This document shows positions 23,876 to 34,488 of a stretch of DNA of 64,000 nucleotides, piece by piece. The translations under genes and the position numbers were made by a program. Position 1 is the first letter of the stretch, and each line of letters starts with the position of its first letter. The notes under the pieces were generated by a model, which did no database searches, had not been told where the DNA came from, and was given only the letters and a program-made list of their open reading frames with translations. Source of the DNA: Monocercomonoides exilis PA203 (taxonomy: Eukaryota; Protista; Preaxostyla); NCBI GenBank assembly GCA_001643675.2, contig LSRY02000014.1:310001-374000 (forward strand), in the 5' to 3' direction.

Positions 23876-23975
23876 GAGGTCAATCAAATAATAACAACAG
23901 CAGAGTATTCTCCCAATTATGGAACTCTCTCGTAAATAGAAGAGAAGGAAGTGAGATTCACATTTTCTTTTTCAA

Positions 23976-24995
23976 GGAAAAAGCATCCCATAACGAACAA
24001 TGCCCAGCAATTTGTGTTCACAAACCACTTCGTGACAAACTCCATTCAAACACAACAACAGCAATAACAATAACAAAGAAAAAGAAAAAGAAGAAATGTG
24101 GAAGAAAAGTGGAAGGAAATATTCAAAAATCAATTGCTTCAAATCAACATCACATCAGAACTCAAACAGGCAGCACAACTCGCAAATCATGCTGCTCCAC
24201 AACAAACTTTGAAAAGCAAACAAAAACGAAAAATGAAAAAACAATAAAATAATTTGTGTTGAAAATCTGACTGAAAAACAAAACTCTCCTCAACCCCGTT
24301 CCACAACTCCATTCCACAAAGTTGGCTCACTTCCTTCAAGCAAATCCAGCTCATCTTTTCATTCTGACTCTTTTTTTGAGAGGGTGCATCACTTCATCTC
24401 TCCTCCTTTCACCATGCCTATTCCTCCCAAAGGCTTCTGCCCCAACAGCCATTTCCCTTTCCATGTTCTCCTTTTGCATTCCTCTTGCCAAATTCCTCTC
24501 GATGCTCTATTTTTGGAGGATGTTGTTGTGAATGGCAAAAACACCTCACGTTGTCTTCATTGTCTCATTTTCATTGCTCTCCTGCTCCTCTGCTCTCCTG
24601 CTTGCCAACTTCCAATCCACATCTTCTCACTCCTCCGACTCGCTCATCATGCTTCTGTTCAGCCCAGCCATGGACTCTTCCCGAACACAGATCGCGTCTG
24701 TCATCGTCATGATTGCTGCCCCTTTCGGAAACCGCACAATAAACTCCCGCTTCAGCTCGTTCACACTCGGCCGCTGCCCCCAGTCTTGCGACAGGCACCC
24801 CTTCACCACACCCGCCAAGCTGCTCCCGCCCACCCTCCTCACATCCGGCTTCTCCCCATTCACAATCTTCTGCCCCGCCACCTCTGCTCCATACTCCCCA
24901 AACGGGATCTCCAGCGTCAGACACTCCCACACCATCATCCCAATCGAAAATGCTACTGATTCCTTTGTCGCCCCCATCTTCTTGTTCACCAGCAG
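23976..24995 (-). repeat. Proximal part of repeat copy 2 (receptor gene 3' CDS + 3' flank)
   Basis: Reverse complement aligns to 1-991 with scattered substitutions and small indels. Confidence 0.9.
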
Positions 24996-27900
24996 CTCTG
25001 GCGCCTTCCACCTCAAGCACTCCTTCCTGAAATCATCCTCATCCTCAAACGCTGATGAAGGCAGAGAGTCATCATCATCATCATCATCATCACTGGCAGA
25101 TGTCACAACTGTTGTTGATGAGATCGATGATGAATCTGAGTCTGAAGATGAGAAGTCTGAATGCATCACAATGCAGATCACCATGTGTTCGGAGAATAAC
25201 ACAATGTGCGGACTGAGATTGTTGAGAGAAGAAAGAGGATTCTCCATTTCGTCAAATGAATGGAGTGCCAGATTAGCCACCCAGAATAGGATCTGGGCAG
25301 CTGTCTGTTCTCTCTCAGTCAATGTGCCTATCGCCATTTCCTTCTTCTCATTCCTTCCATGAAGCAGCATGAACAGAGAATCCCTCAGATCCACAATCAG
25401 CTTCTCATGTGGAGACGAGCAGGCCATTGCATCCACCAGATTCGACATGGATGAGGTTGTTGGGCACAGATCCTCCCCTCGAACAAAAGTGGATTCTGTG
25501 TCTGAAGTATCTGTGGTTGAAGTGGATGAAATGGAAGGTGATGGCGTTCGCTTTCTTGTCTCTTCCTCAACTTCTTTCTCATCCACCTTCTCCAGCATCC
25601 ATTCTGGAATCTTGTCCGAGTCTCTTCCCAAAATGTATTCAGTGGAGCCACTCTCACTCAGCAAATGCTCTGATGACTCTGAGTGTCCCAAGCTTTTCTC
25701 ATACACCCTCTTCTTTATTCTCTCATCGTTTTTCTTTTCAGCCTCTCTCTCTGCTCTCCTCCACTGCTCCTCAGGCGACATCTCCATCGTCACCATCTCA
25801 AATGCCTTTGGATCTTTTTTCACTGTGTCTTCCACAATCACTTCAAGTTCTTCTGTCCTTCTCTTTTGTTTTCTCCATCGAACAATGAATATAATGGATA
25901 CAATTAACAGTATTACTACAATCACAATGCACACAATTAATGCCCATGAGAATTTTCCTTCTTTCCCTCCTTCAACAATTCTGTCATCTCCTTTTCCTTC
26001 GGTTTCGCTTCTGTTCTTCAGAATGAAAGAATCAGTCGATGAAGGCGAATCAATCTTTCCAAACAGAAGACTCACACTCACTTCTGTCTCTGCTCCCACT
26101 GCTCCCATCTGAACCGATGAAACAACTGCAACAATTTCGTTCTCTGACACACTTTCCTTTTCTCCAATCCCATAGCTCTCAACCACCTCTTCCCTTCCAT
26201 TCCTGAAGCTCAACTTCAACCAAACATCACATGGCAGAAGAAGTCTCCCACTCAGCGTGATGATTGTTCTTCCCTCAGATCCTGTCTCATTCCTCGCCTC
26301 TTCCACAACTGGGATGAATAGTGGTGATGCTCTCTCCTCCATCATCCCGCTCAACTCGCACCCTTCGTTCAACGTCCAAAGTGATGTGCTATCCTTCAAT
26401 CCATCTCCTCCTTTCAAACTCATCACATTCAACGAACCCAAATCAGAACAGATGATATTTCTTCTTAGTGATGGATAATTTGATATCAAGGGATTGTTGT
26501 TCGTGAAATTCCCTGCTTCAATCTCAACACTTCCTCCACAAACAGAAATACCACCATCGGAGCAGTTCACAAAACTCGTGTCCCTTATCTCTGCTGAGCT
26601 CTCCTTCACCTCAACAACTGATCCATTCCATTTGCACACATCCACTTCTTCATTCGATTCCTTTTCATTTGTTTCACCATCAAACAAGCATTGCCTCATT
26701 AGAATATTTCTGCACATCAAAAGAGATATCATCTTCCCTTTTTTTCTTCTCGATGAACACCCACCAAACGAACAGTTCGATAACTCCACATTTCCTTCCA
26801 TCTCCTCAACATCAACCACTCCTGCGCTCTCATCTTCACATGTGATGTTATCAAATGAAGATGATAGAATCGAAAATGGAAATTCATTTTCCTTACTGGT
26901 TTTCATTTCTGCTTCATCGTCATTCGCACAACCCATCCATCCGTTTTCCATTCTCGAATTCCCAGCTCCACTGATCTTCAAGCAGTTTTTTCTTCCCTCA
27001 ATATTTCTGAGCGTCAATCCACTCACGTCAGTATCTCCTTCAATCTGCATCACTGCTTCACTCAAAAATGAAAGCCACATAACACTCACATTTCCCATTG
27101 AGCATTTCCCCCTTTCCACAAAAATCAAACAGAATGGCATTTGCTCCATTTCCCTCTCAGCCGAGCTCACTCCATCAAATGAGCACGTGCTGATCGATGT
27201 CTTTCCTGAACTTATCTTCATGAATGATGAATGTGCGACTGGTGTTTGATTTGTTTCAACTTCTTCAAAGGCAAATTGCATCCATCGCACATACACCTGC
27301 CCACTTGTCTCCACAATCATTTCTTTACTGTGATTCATCCTCCCTTTCACAATCACACGGCTCTGCGCTTCATGAATCCCACTCAGTGTGAGTGTGTCCA
27401 ATCCAATTTCCTCATCAATCACTGACTCCTCATCAACAAACATCTGACTGAGAAAATCGTGTGTCAGATGTCTCAGCCCAAACCCAATCGTAGCACAAGG
27501 AAGTGAAGGCTTTCCACACTGCTGCTCATTGCTTCCCCCTTTCTCTTCTTTGCTCGACACCACAATCGTGTCTGACTGGTATTTCACAATAAGACTCATC
27601 AAGTCCATCGCCTCTTCCTTGTGATAAGCCTCGTCCATCCCGAATATTGCATTCTGCCTGATGAATTCCACATCACGGAAGTCGAGATTGAACTGTGTTT
27701 CGTTGATCTGCCTCTCGATGCAGACACACACAATGAACACATCATTCCCGATGAATGCTGTGTTCCTTCGGAATATCACCCCATCAAACACATAATCCAG
27801 TTCTCCCGTTAATGTTGTCCAAAGATACACCCCGCCTCCTTTGCCTTCGCTCGCAGAGCACCCACACTGCTTCACACTCGTGTTCACAACATCGAACAAT

Positions 27901-30900
27901 CCTCCTTCATTCAACTCAAACAGCATCGCCCCTCCCTTTGTGCTTCTCCCACAACTGCACAGTTCAATCAGCGAATCTTCCACCACAAGCTTCACTCCAC
28001 TTCCACTCTTGCTCGAAATAACACAAGGATCAACTCCTTCCCCTTCAACTGCTCCAATACTACAATTCTTCATCCTCATCTCACCTCCTCCATTTGCTCC
28101 CTCTCCTTCAATTTCAAACAAACTCCCACTTTCCAATGTAGCTTTTATAACTGCGAATTCGTCAATCACACTCACAACTTCTCCACTCGCTACAAACACA
28201 CTTCTCTTCCCAAAATACGAAAGCAGTTTGAACCTCTTCATCTCCAGCTCCCCTTTCTTCACAACGCAAAATGCAACATCCCCCATCCCTTCTCTCTTTC
28301 CCTTCCATGAGATTGAACAGTCTTCCCATTCAACTTTCCCTCCCTCACTCACAATCATTCCTGCTTCTCCACTTTCCAAAACATTCATCACACACATCTC
28401 CAGTGCTCTCAGACTGATCATTCCACTGTTGCGAAGACACACTTTTGTTCCACTTTCTCCTTCACTCCCCAACACAACCGTTCCATATTCCATCTCATCA
28501 TATCCTGCTCCCACTGATTCCACTTCAATCCCACTCAAATCATATTCCCCCTCCACTCTTATTTTTTCCTTCACTCCCACCACTTTTCTCTCTCCTTCTC
28601 TCTCCATGTGCCTCATCCCCATTTCCAATGTCTCACACGGATCCTCTTCACTCCCACATCGAACAACATCATCTCCCTTTTCCCACACCACAATCCTCTC
28701 ACTCCTGTATTCAATCACAAATCGCAATAGATCCGTGTTTGTCCGCTTCTCATCACTTCCAACAAACGCATTCGGATCGTCTTCCATCCCTTCAACAGCA
28801 ATCGCAAATGTCTCACTCCTCACTGTCACATTCAGATCTGAATCCAAAATAAACATGTTCTTCCCCACAAATGCCTCGTTCTCAGCAAACTTCACTTCCT
28901 CAAACTTGAATGGCATCCCTCCCCTCCTTTCACTGCAATTCACATATATCCATCCTCCTTTCCCACCACTCACCTTCTCTGCTGAGCATCTTTCCATCCT
29001 CCCTTCTTTCACATGAATCATCCCTGAATCAAGGATATTCACCCTCAATGCCCCACCACTCATGCTCTTTCCTCCTGTGATGCCACTCATGTTGCTCTGT
29101 TCTATCCTCATCACTCTCCTCACATCTGCACATATCACAGCTGATTCATCTGCACCAACAAGTGACAGGCTCCCAAACGAGCAGTTGCCGATGCTAACAG
29201 ACTCACTCTCTGCTCCATTTTGTTCCATCTCAAGAAGAGCAAGATCCATCAGACACTTTCTTGTCTTGATGTTATTTATTGATATCCACTTCATCCTCAC
29301 AACTTGTCCACTGCTTCTGATGATTCGATATTCAATTGCCTCTTCTTCCCCTTCCTGCATCCCAAACGAACACAATTCCATCTCCAAAACACCACTTCTT
29401 GTTGATGAGCTTATCACCACTTCTCTCCTCTGTTCAAAGGATCCAGGCAATTCAAATCCAACATTCACAAACACACTCAATCCATTCGAATCAAGAACAC
29501 TTCCCCCTTCTCCTTCAATTCCTTTCTCCACAACAACTTTCTTTTTCTTGTTGTCTTTCCCTTCAATCCGAACTCCACTCACATCTCTCACCTTCTCAAT
29601 ACTCGTGCTCCCACTTATCACAATCTTCTTTTCTCCCTCTCCGTCAAGCCTCTCAATGCCATAATCCACACTCCTGCATGGACAGTTCTCCATCCCACAC
29701 CACATTCCATTGTCTCCAGCCTCCCTCCCCACCTCAATGATCGACGAGCTGTAACCATCAATGAATACGATCAGATCAACCTCATTCACAAACTTCTGCC
29801 CATCCTTCCCAATCAGCGAATTCTCTCTCTCGCTAATCTCTCCACTGAACGAGAAACTGCTTCCATTCACAACCCTCCTCAAATCATCACACACAACATA
29901 CACATCCTTCCCACTCCTTGCTCTGTTCTCTTCAAACCTCACTCCTCTCACATCAAACCCATATCTCTCTCCTTCAATCCCTAACCACATCCCTCCTCCA
30001 CATCCTCCTTCATTCATTGTCCCTTCCTCTCCTGCTGCACATTTCTTCATCAGTGTAACTTCTGTTTCGCTCCTGATCTTCAGCTGTGCATCATCTTTCA
30101 ATTCCACTTTCATCACTCCTCCATTCCCTTTCTCTGCCACACACCCCTCAACACTCGTGTTCCACACATCCACCATCCCTCCTTCTCCAACCACTCCATT
30201 CACCATCGCTCCATCTCCTTCACTCACTTGGATATTGCTCCCATTGCATCTCCAAATGGATATTTCCTTTGCTTCACTTCCTCTTATCACCCCAGAATCT
30301 CCCATGTCGAATGAACTCCATTTGCATTCCCTCATCCTCGCAATACAACCGCTCCCTGCCCAAATCAAACTGCTTCTTTTCATTTCACACACACTGATAA
30401 TCACACTTTCTACAGTGAGTGCGCTTCCTCCCTCACAAACAACAAATCCCATTTCTCCTTCAAAAGCGATATCATTCAGCTCCACATTCTTCAACGAGAC
30501 AGATGAGAATCCACTATTCGCTTTTATCACAGGCTTTCCAAACTTCATTGAATCCAATCTCAGTGAAGTAACATTCACCTCTCCCTTTTCCACAACCAGC
30601 AAGCTGTATTCCACAAAATTAACTCCAACTCCAAATCCAACAACACATTCACTCAAGTTCAGTGTTTCGCCTTTCAACTGGAATATCGCTTCATGATGCC
30701 CAAGAACAGATGGCATCACCAGCTCGATCTCACTCATTCTTGTTTCCTTCAGCACCACAAACACTCCCATGCATCCTTCCTCTTCACCTTTGCAACTTGC
30801 CTCACCTCCAATAACAAGTGATCCATCATCCCTTGTTCCTTCAATCACCCTTGCCATTTTCGAAAAGATCACTGTCGAGCCAACCTCAACTCCATTTCCA

Positions 30901-33590
30901 ACTTTGATTGTCGCTGTTGTTGTTCCATCTGCTGGTGTGTTCTCTTCCCTCTCAATCGGACAGTTCAGTGTTCGGCACTCGAAAAATGTGTGTCCACACC
31001 GATGATGATCTGCCCCTGAAACTGAAACACAGATTTCACTCCTTGGAACATCCAAAAGATAGCACACAATCGGAATCACCAGTGTTGCATTGCTGGTATC
31101 TCCCACTCCCTCCACTTCATGCACATCCTTGCTCAAATGAGAAACAAATCCATATCTCCCTTTCGGAACCAATTCCAGCTGATTCGAAGCAATAAATACA
31201 TTTACCCCATGTTCTGCTTGATTATTTTCAAACTCCACATTCACAATCTCAAACACACTTGATGGAGAAGACAACTCCAAATACACCCCTCCTCCTCTTC
31301 CCTTCTCTGCCCCACATTCTCCAATCTCTGTTTCAACATTTCCTCTGCCAATCTTGAATATCCCACTTTGACCAACCTTCCATGCAATGGCACCTCCATT
31401 CCCTTCCTTGCACACACAGTTTCTGAATGTGGTGTTCTCCAGCTCCCATGAATCACTTCTCTCACTTTCAGTGCTGAATATCACCCCATTTCCTCTCATT
31501 CGGCTGATCCTTTGGATCGTCACATTTCCCAGCATCCCTCTTCCAACTCCACTATCCTCCTCTTCCTTGAACAGAGAACAATCTCCCAGTCCAATATCCT
31601 CAATCAAACAGTTTTCCATCTTCGTTTTATCAAATATCACTTTGAACGATGAAACATCAAATGAATGTGTCTGCCCATCTTCTGCCCCTGAAATGATCAC
31701 ATTCTTCAGTTTCAGCATCTGTGCTTCTGTTCTCATCGCAAACAATGAAGATGATGATTCTACACTGTTGTGACGAATTGTCAGCAAAGACAATCCCATC
31801 GATCCCGAATCCAATGTGAACAAATACTCATGAGAATTCAGGAATTTTGTGGAAATGACGCACCCGCTCTCGCCTTCGCCTTTGAACGAAATATCTCCCC
31901 CTCCAATGAACAGGGATATTGAAAGATATGTCGATCGAAGAATATTCACTGTTCCCTCTGCTCCTTTCTCAATCATGTTGTATGCCTGCTCAATCGTGTT
32001 GCATGGGCTGGCCTGTGTTGTCCCACAGACTGGGCCTGCAATTCCATCTGCTTTGGCATATGTTATTTTGTTTGTTGGAAGCCACGCATCGTAATCTGTT
32101 TGGCTGTTATTGTAAAATACTCTCTTTGAGGGGGTTGTTGAGAACGATGATTCAAATGGTGAACCTTTCAAAAGAGAGTTTTTAATTTTGACATCATTGC
32201 CTTCTTCATTTATTGCCTTGTTTCCACTGAATAAGCAAAATGATATCAATTTTGGAGGTGGTTCAGTTTCCATCCAACTTATTGAAAACAAAAATATTCC
32301 TCCACCTCCTCCTTCAAGAACACCTGTTCCTGTTCCATTTACCACATTCCCTTTAAATTCACATTCTGAGATAAAATATCTTCTCTGTTCGTTCTCCATG
32401 AATAATCCTCCACCATATGATCCTGCCCCATTGCGAATAAATTTGCATTTCTCTATTGTTTCATCCTCATTTCCAGAAGATTGGTGAATGCGCAATCCTC
32501 CTGCATAATGATTAATCGCTTTGCATTCAAAAAAGTTGCAACCAGAAATAAAATAGTCTCCATTAAACCTATAAATAATCATTCCACCTGTATTTGTATC
32601 TGCTATACAATTTGTAAAATTACAGCCAGACATTATTACATCTTCTGCTAAAAGGATGAAAACGGCTCCGTCGCTCCCTTGGCTCATATTCTTGAATGAG
32701 CATCTTGTGCATTCAAGAGTTGAACTTCCATTCAAAAAAATTGCGCTTCCACGATCGGCACGTCTCTTATTGCACCATTCACAATCTGCGAAAAAATGCG
32801 TTTCATTTGCCCCAAGTTGTTGCCTTGTCATATTGAGATTGCTCGTTTCGTGAACATTCTTCGTTCTAAAGCAGCATTCAAGCGAGGAGTTTGTTGCTCT
32901 TAACGAGACATATTGGTTGTTCACTGACCTTGCAATGCCCCCATCAATAACATCACAAACACTGAAAAACGAGCACCCCTCAATCGTTGTTTCTGTTCTT
33001 GCTCCAAAATCCATTTCTCTTTGTGCTCCTGTCGCAACAGAAATATTTACCATTATCAGATGAGATGCTTTCACATTGCAACTAACATTCGGTGCTAAAA
33101 ATGGTACTGATATCAGTTCAAATGATGAAAACGATGAATCAGAAAGGATGATTTCTCCAATTCTATTGTTGAAGTTCTTTGGCAAGGACGAGCAAAAAAG
33201 TCTGGGAATATGAGCAAATGGCTTGAATGTGAAGATAGAAAGATTCACAGAATGGATGCTTCCTTCATCAAGAGCAAATGGGCTATTTTTTGATGAAAAT
33301 GAAATCGTATATTCTTTGATGTTTAAATATCCTCCCTTTTTTATCAGAAAACAAGGCTTTCTCTCGGAATGCCACTGCAAAATATCTGAGGCACTCAGAG
33401 ATGAATTTATCACATGAAGAGTCGAGAGAATTGAACAACGTTGAAGAATTTGCTGAGCTCTGATATTATTGTTGAATTGTTGTAACTGCAATATAACTGT
33501 CACATCTATTTGGTTTATTTCTTTGCCAAATGCTTCTTTCGAGTTAAAAATGGCAAAGCAGCTTGCAACAATCAAAAACGTCAGATTCAT
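24627..33590 (-). CDS. Giant intronless type-I membrane protein (2987 aa): signal peptide, pectin-lyase/PMP-like beta-helix repeats, TM helix, degenerate tyrosine-kinase-like domain
   Basis: Hydrophobic N-terminus; repeated GG(A/G)(I/V)Y...F..N.A..G motifs and CGxxxxPCxT(I/L) modules; TM WALIVCIVIVVILLIVSIIFIV followed by RWRKQKRR; LRWKAPE...AFSIGMMVWEC...RPS, but no HRD or DFG. Confidence 0.85.
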   Translation of the reverse strand: MNLTFLIVASCFAIFNSKEAFGKEINQIDVTVILQLQQFNNNIRAQQILQRCSILSTLHVINSSLSASDILQWHSERKPCFLIKKGGYLNIKEYTISFSSKNSPFALDEGSIHSVNLSIFTFKPFAHIPRLFCSSLPKNFNNRIGEIILSDSSFSSFELISVPFLAPNVSCNVKASHLIMVNISVATGAQREMDFGARTETTIEGCSFFSVCDVIDGGIARSVNNQYVSLRATNSSLECCFRTKNVHETSNLNMTRQQLGANETHFFADCEWCNKRRADRGSAIFLNGSSTLECTRCSFKNMSQGSDGAVFILLAEDVIMSGCNFTNCIADTNTGGMIIYRFNGDYFISGCNFFECKAINHYAGGLRIHQSSGNEDETIEKCKFIRNGAGSYGGGLFMENEQRRYFISECEFKGNVVNGTGTGVLEGGGGGIFLFSISWMETEPPPKLISFCLFSGNKAINEEGNDVKIKNSLLKGSPFESSFSTTPSKRVFYNNSQTDYDAWLPTNKITYAKADGIAGPVCGTTQASPCNTIEQAYNMIEKGAEGTVNILRSTYLSISLFIGGGDISFKGEGESGCVISTKFLNSHEYLFTLDSGSMGLSLLTIRHNSVESSSSLFAMRTEAQMLKLKNVIISGAEDGQTHSFDVSSFKVIFDKTKMENCLIEDIGLGDCSLFKEEEDSGVGRGMLGNVTIQRISRMRGNGVIFSTESERSDSWELENTTFRNCVCKEGNGGAIAWKVGQSGIFKIGRGNVETEIGECGAEKGRGGGVYLELSSPSSVFEIVNVEFENNQAEHGVNVFIASNQLELVPKGRYGFVSHLSKDVHEVEGVGDTSNATLVIPIVCYLLDVPRSEICVSVSGADHHRCGHTFFECRTLNCPIEREENTPADGTTTATIKVGNGVEVGSTVIFSKMARVIEGTRDDGSLVIGGEASCKGEEEGCMGVFVVLKETRMSEIELVMPSVLGHHEAIFQLKGETLNLSECVVGFGVGVNFVEYSLLVVEKGEVNVTSLRLDSMKFGKPVIKANSGFSSVSLKNVELNDIAFEGEMGFVVCEGGSALTVESVIISVCEMKRSSLIWAGSGCIARMRECKWSSFDMGDSGVIRGSEAKEISIWRCNGSNIQVSEGDGAMVNGVVGEGGMVDVWNTSVEGCVAEKGNGGVMKVELKDDAQLKIRSETEVTLMKKCAAGEEGTMNEGGCGGGMWLGIEGERYGFDVRGVRFEENRARSGKDVYVVCDDLRRVVNGSSFSFSGEISERENSLIGKDGQKFVNEVDLIVFIDGYSSSIIEVGREAGDNGMWCGMENCPCRSVDYGIERLDGEGEKKIVISGSTSIEKVRDVSGVRIEGKDNKKKKVVVEKGIEGEGGSVLDSNGLSVFVNVGFELPGSFEQRREVVISSSTRSGVLEMELCSFGMQEGEEEAIEYRIIRSSGQVVRMKWISINNIKTRKCLMDLALLEMEQNGAESESVSIGNCSFGSLSLVGADESAVICADVRRVMRIEQSNMSGITGGKSMSGGALRVNILDSGMIHVKEGRMERCSAEKVSGGKGGWIYVNCSERRGGMPFKFEEVKFAENEAFVGKNMFILDSDLNVTVRSETFAIAVEGMEDDPNAFVGSDEKRTNTDLLRFVIEYRSERIVVWEKGDDVVRCGSEEDPCETLEMGMRHMEREGERKVVGVKEKIRVEGEYDLSGIEVESVGAGYDEMEYGTVVLGSEGESGTKVCLRNSGMISLRALEMCVMNVLESGEAGMIVSEGGKVEWEDCSISWKGKREGMGDVAFCVVKKGELEMKRFKLLSYFGKRSVFVASGEVVSVIDEFAVIKATLESGSLFEIEGEGANGGGEMRMKNCSIGAVEGEGVDPCVISSKSGSGVKLVVEDSLIELCSCGRSTKGGAMLFELNEGGLFDVVNTSVKQCGCSASEGKGGGVYLWTTLTGELDYVFDGVIFRRNTAFIGNDVFIVCVCIERQINETQFNLDFRDVEFIRQNAIFGMDEAYHKEEAMDLMSLIVKYQSDTIVVSSKEEKGGSNEQQCGKPSLPCATIGFGLRHLTHDFLSQMFVDEESVIDEEIGLDTLTLSGIHEAQSRVIVKGRMNHSKEMIVETSGQVYVRWMQFAFEEVETNQTPVAHSSFMKISSGKTSISTCSFDGVSSAEREMEQMPFCLIFVERGKCSMGNVSVMWLSFLSEAVMQIEGDTDVSGLTLRNIEGRKNCLKISGAGNSRMENGWMGCANDDEAEMKTSKENEFPFSILSSSFDNITCEDESAGVVDVEEMEGNVELSNCSFGGCSSRRKKGKMISLLMCRNILMRQCLFDGETNEKESNEEVDVCKWNGSVVEVKESSAEIRDTSFVNCSDGGISVCGGSVEIEAGNFTNNNPLISNYPSLRRNIICSDLGSLNVMSLKGGDGLKDSTSLWTLNEGCELSGMMEERASPLFIPVVEEARNETGSEGRTIITLSGRLLLPCDVWLKLSFRNGREEVVESYGIGEKESVSENEIVAVVSSVQMGAVGAETEVSVSLLFGKIDSPSSTDSFILKNRSETEGKGDDRIVEGGKEGKFSWALIVCIVIVVILLIVSIIFIVRWRKQKRRTEELEVIVEDTVKKDPKAFEMVTMEMSPEEQWRRAEREAEKKNDERIKKRVYEKSLGHSESSEHLLSESGSTEYILGRDSDKIPEWMLEKVDEKEVEEETRKRTPSPSISSTSTTDTSDTESTFVRGEDLCPTTSSMSNLVDAMACSSPHEKLIVDLRDSLFMLLHGRNEKKEMAIGTLTEREQTAAQILFWVANLALHSFDEMENPLSSLNNLSPHIVLFSEHMVICIVMHSDFSSSDSDSSSISSTTVVTSASDDDDDDDDSLPSSAFEDEDDFRKECLRWKAPELLVNKKMGATKESVAFSIGMMVWECLTLEIPFGEYGAEVAGQKIVNGEKPDVRRVGGSSLAGVVKGCLSQDWGQRPSVNELKREFIVRFPKGAAIMTMTDAICVREESMAGLNRSMMSESEE

Positions 33591-34488
33591 TTCAGTGCTG
33601 CAGTCCTATTGGTTTTTGATGAAAATGACGATTCGCAGCAATGTTTCAATTTTCTCCATTTCCCATACTGTTCTTTTCGTTGGATCATGAAATCCCACAT
33701 ATGATTTCAAGATTTTGAATTTATGAAATTTTGATCATTTTCAGTGCAATGAATCATCTTTCTTTATCTCAATCGATTATTGTTTTTAAATAATGTTAAA
33801 AGCCCGATTTCGCATGATATTATTTTAATCACTTTTTCAGTTTTTATTTAATCGATGCCAAAAATAATTTGGATTCAATAATTTTTATTGCAATAACTAT
33901 AATAATTTTAATCGAGAAGAAATGAAAAAAAAAAGTCTACAAAGAAGAATGGATAAAATTTTTGAGCAATTCTGTTATTCTTAACGTATTTATTTCTAGT
34001 CAAAATTACACATGGGGGAAAATCGATGGGTTGATGAAAAAAAGGCAATTTGTCTTTAAGTCTAATGGAATTATTTCCGTTAAAGAAATTCGTTCTCAAT
34101 CCAAAATAAGTTGAAAATAATAATAATAAAAATAAAAAATGTGAATAATACAGATTATTCAAAAAGCTCAGCACTTTTCAATGTGTTTCATCCCAAATAA
34201 AAATAAATGAAAAAATATAATTATACTTTGGCAACAATAAATATTTTTTTATAAGTTGTTTTCCATCTTTTATTTCACATTTGAAAAAAAATAGGTTTGC
34301 TTATTAAAATCAATCGTATTGATAAATGTTAATTTACAAATCATCAAGCTTTGTTTCAGCCATATTTAATTAAAACAAAAATTTTGGAACTTATCTTTTA
34401 GAAGGAAAGTCAACACATTATAAATTCGGACATAACACACCAACTTTGCGAAAATATAATCTAAGGAACGCATTGTTTTACATTATAA

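Larger units (their letters stand above)
19586..23975 (+). mobile_element. DIRS-type tyrosine-recombinase retrotransposon, element B (different family; short ITR, no ICR seen)
   Basis: Perfect 32-bp inverted repeat at 19623-19654 / 23925-23956; boundaries defined to +/-1 bp by the empty site near 992; gag, RT-RH-MT and YR ORFs. Confidence 0.93.

Noticed and set aside
24322-32487. Long plus-strand ORFs (up to 391 aa) antisense to the receptor gene, and ORF 49-675
   Set aside because: Expected from the G/A-rich codon bias of the sense gene, which depletes antisense stops; no domain signal.
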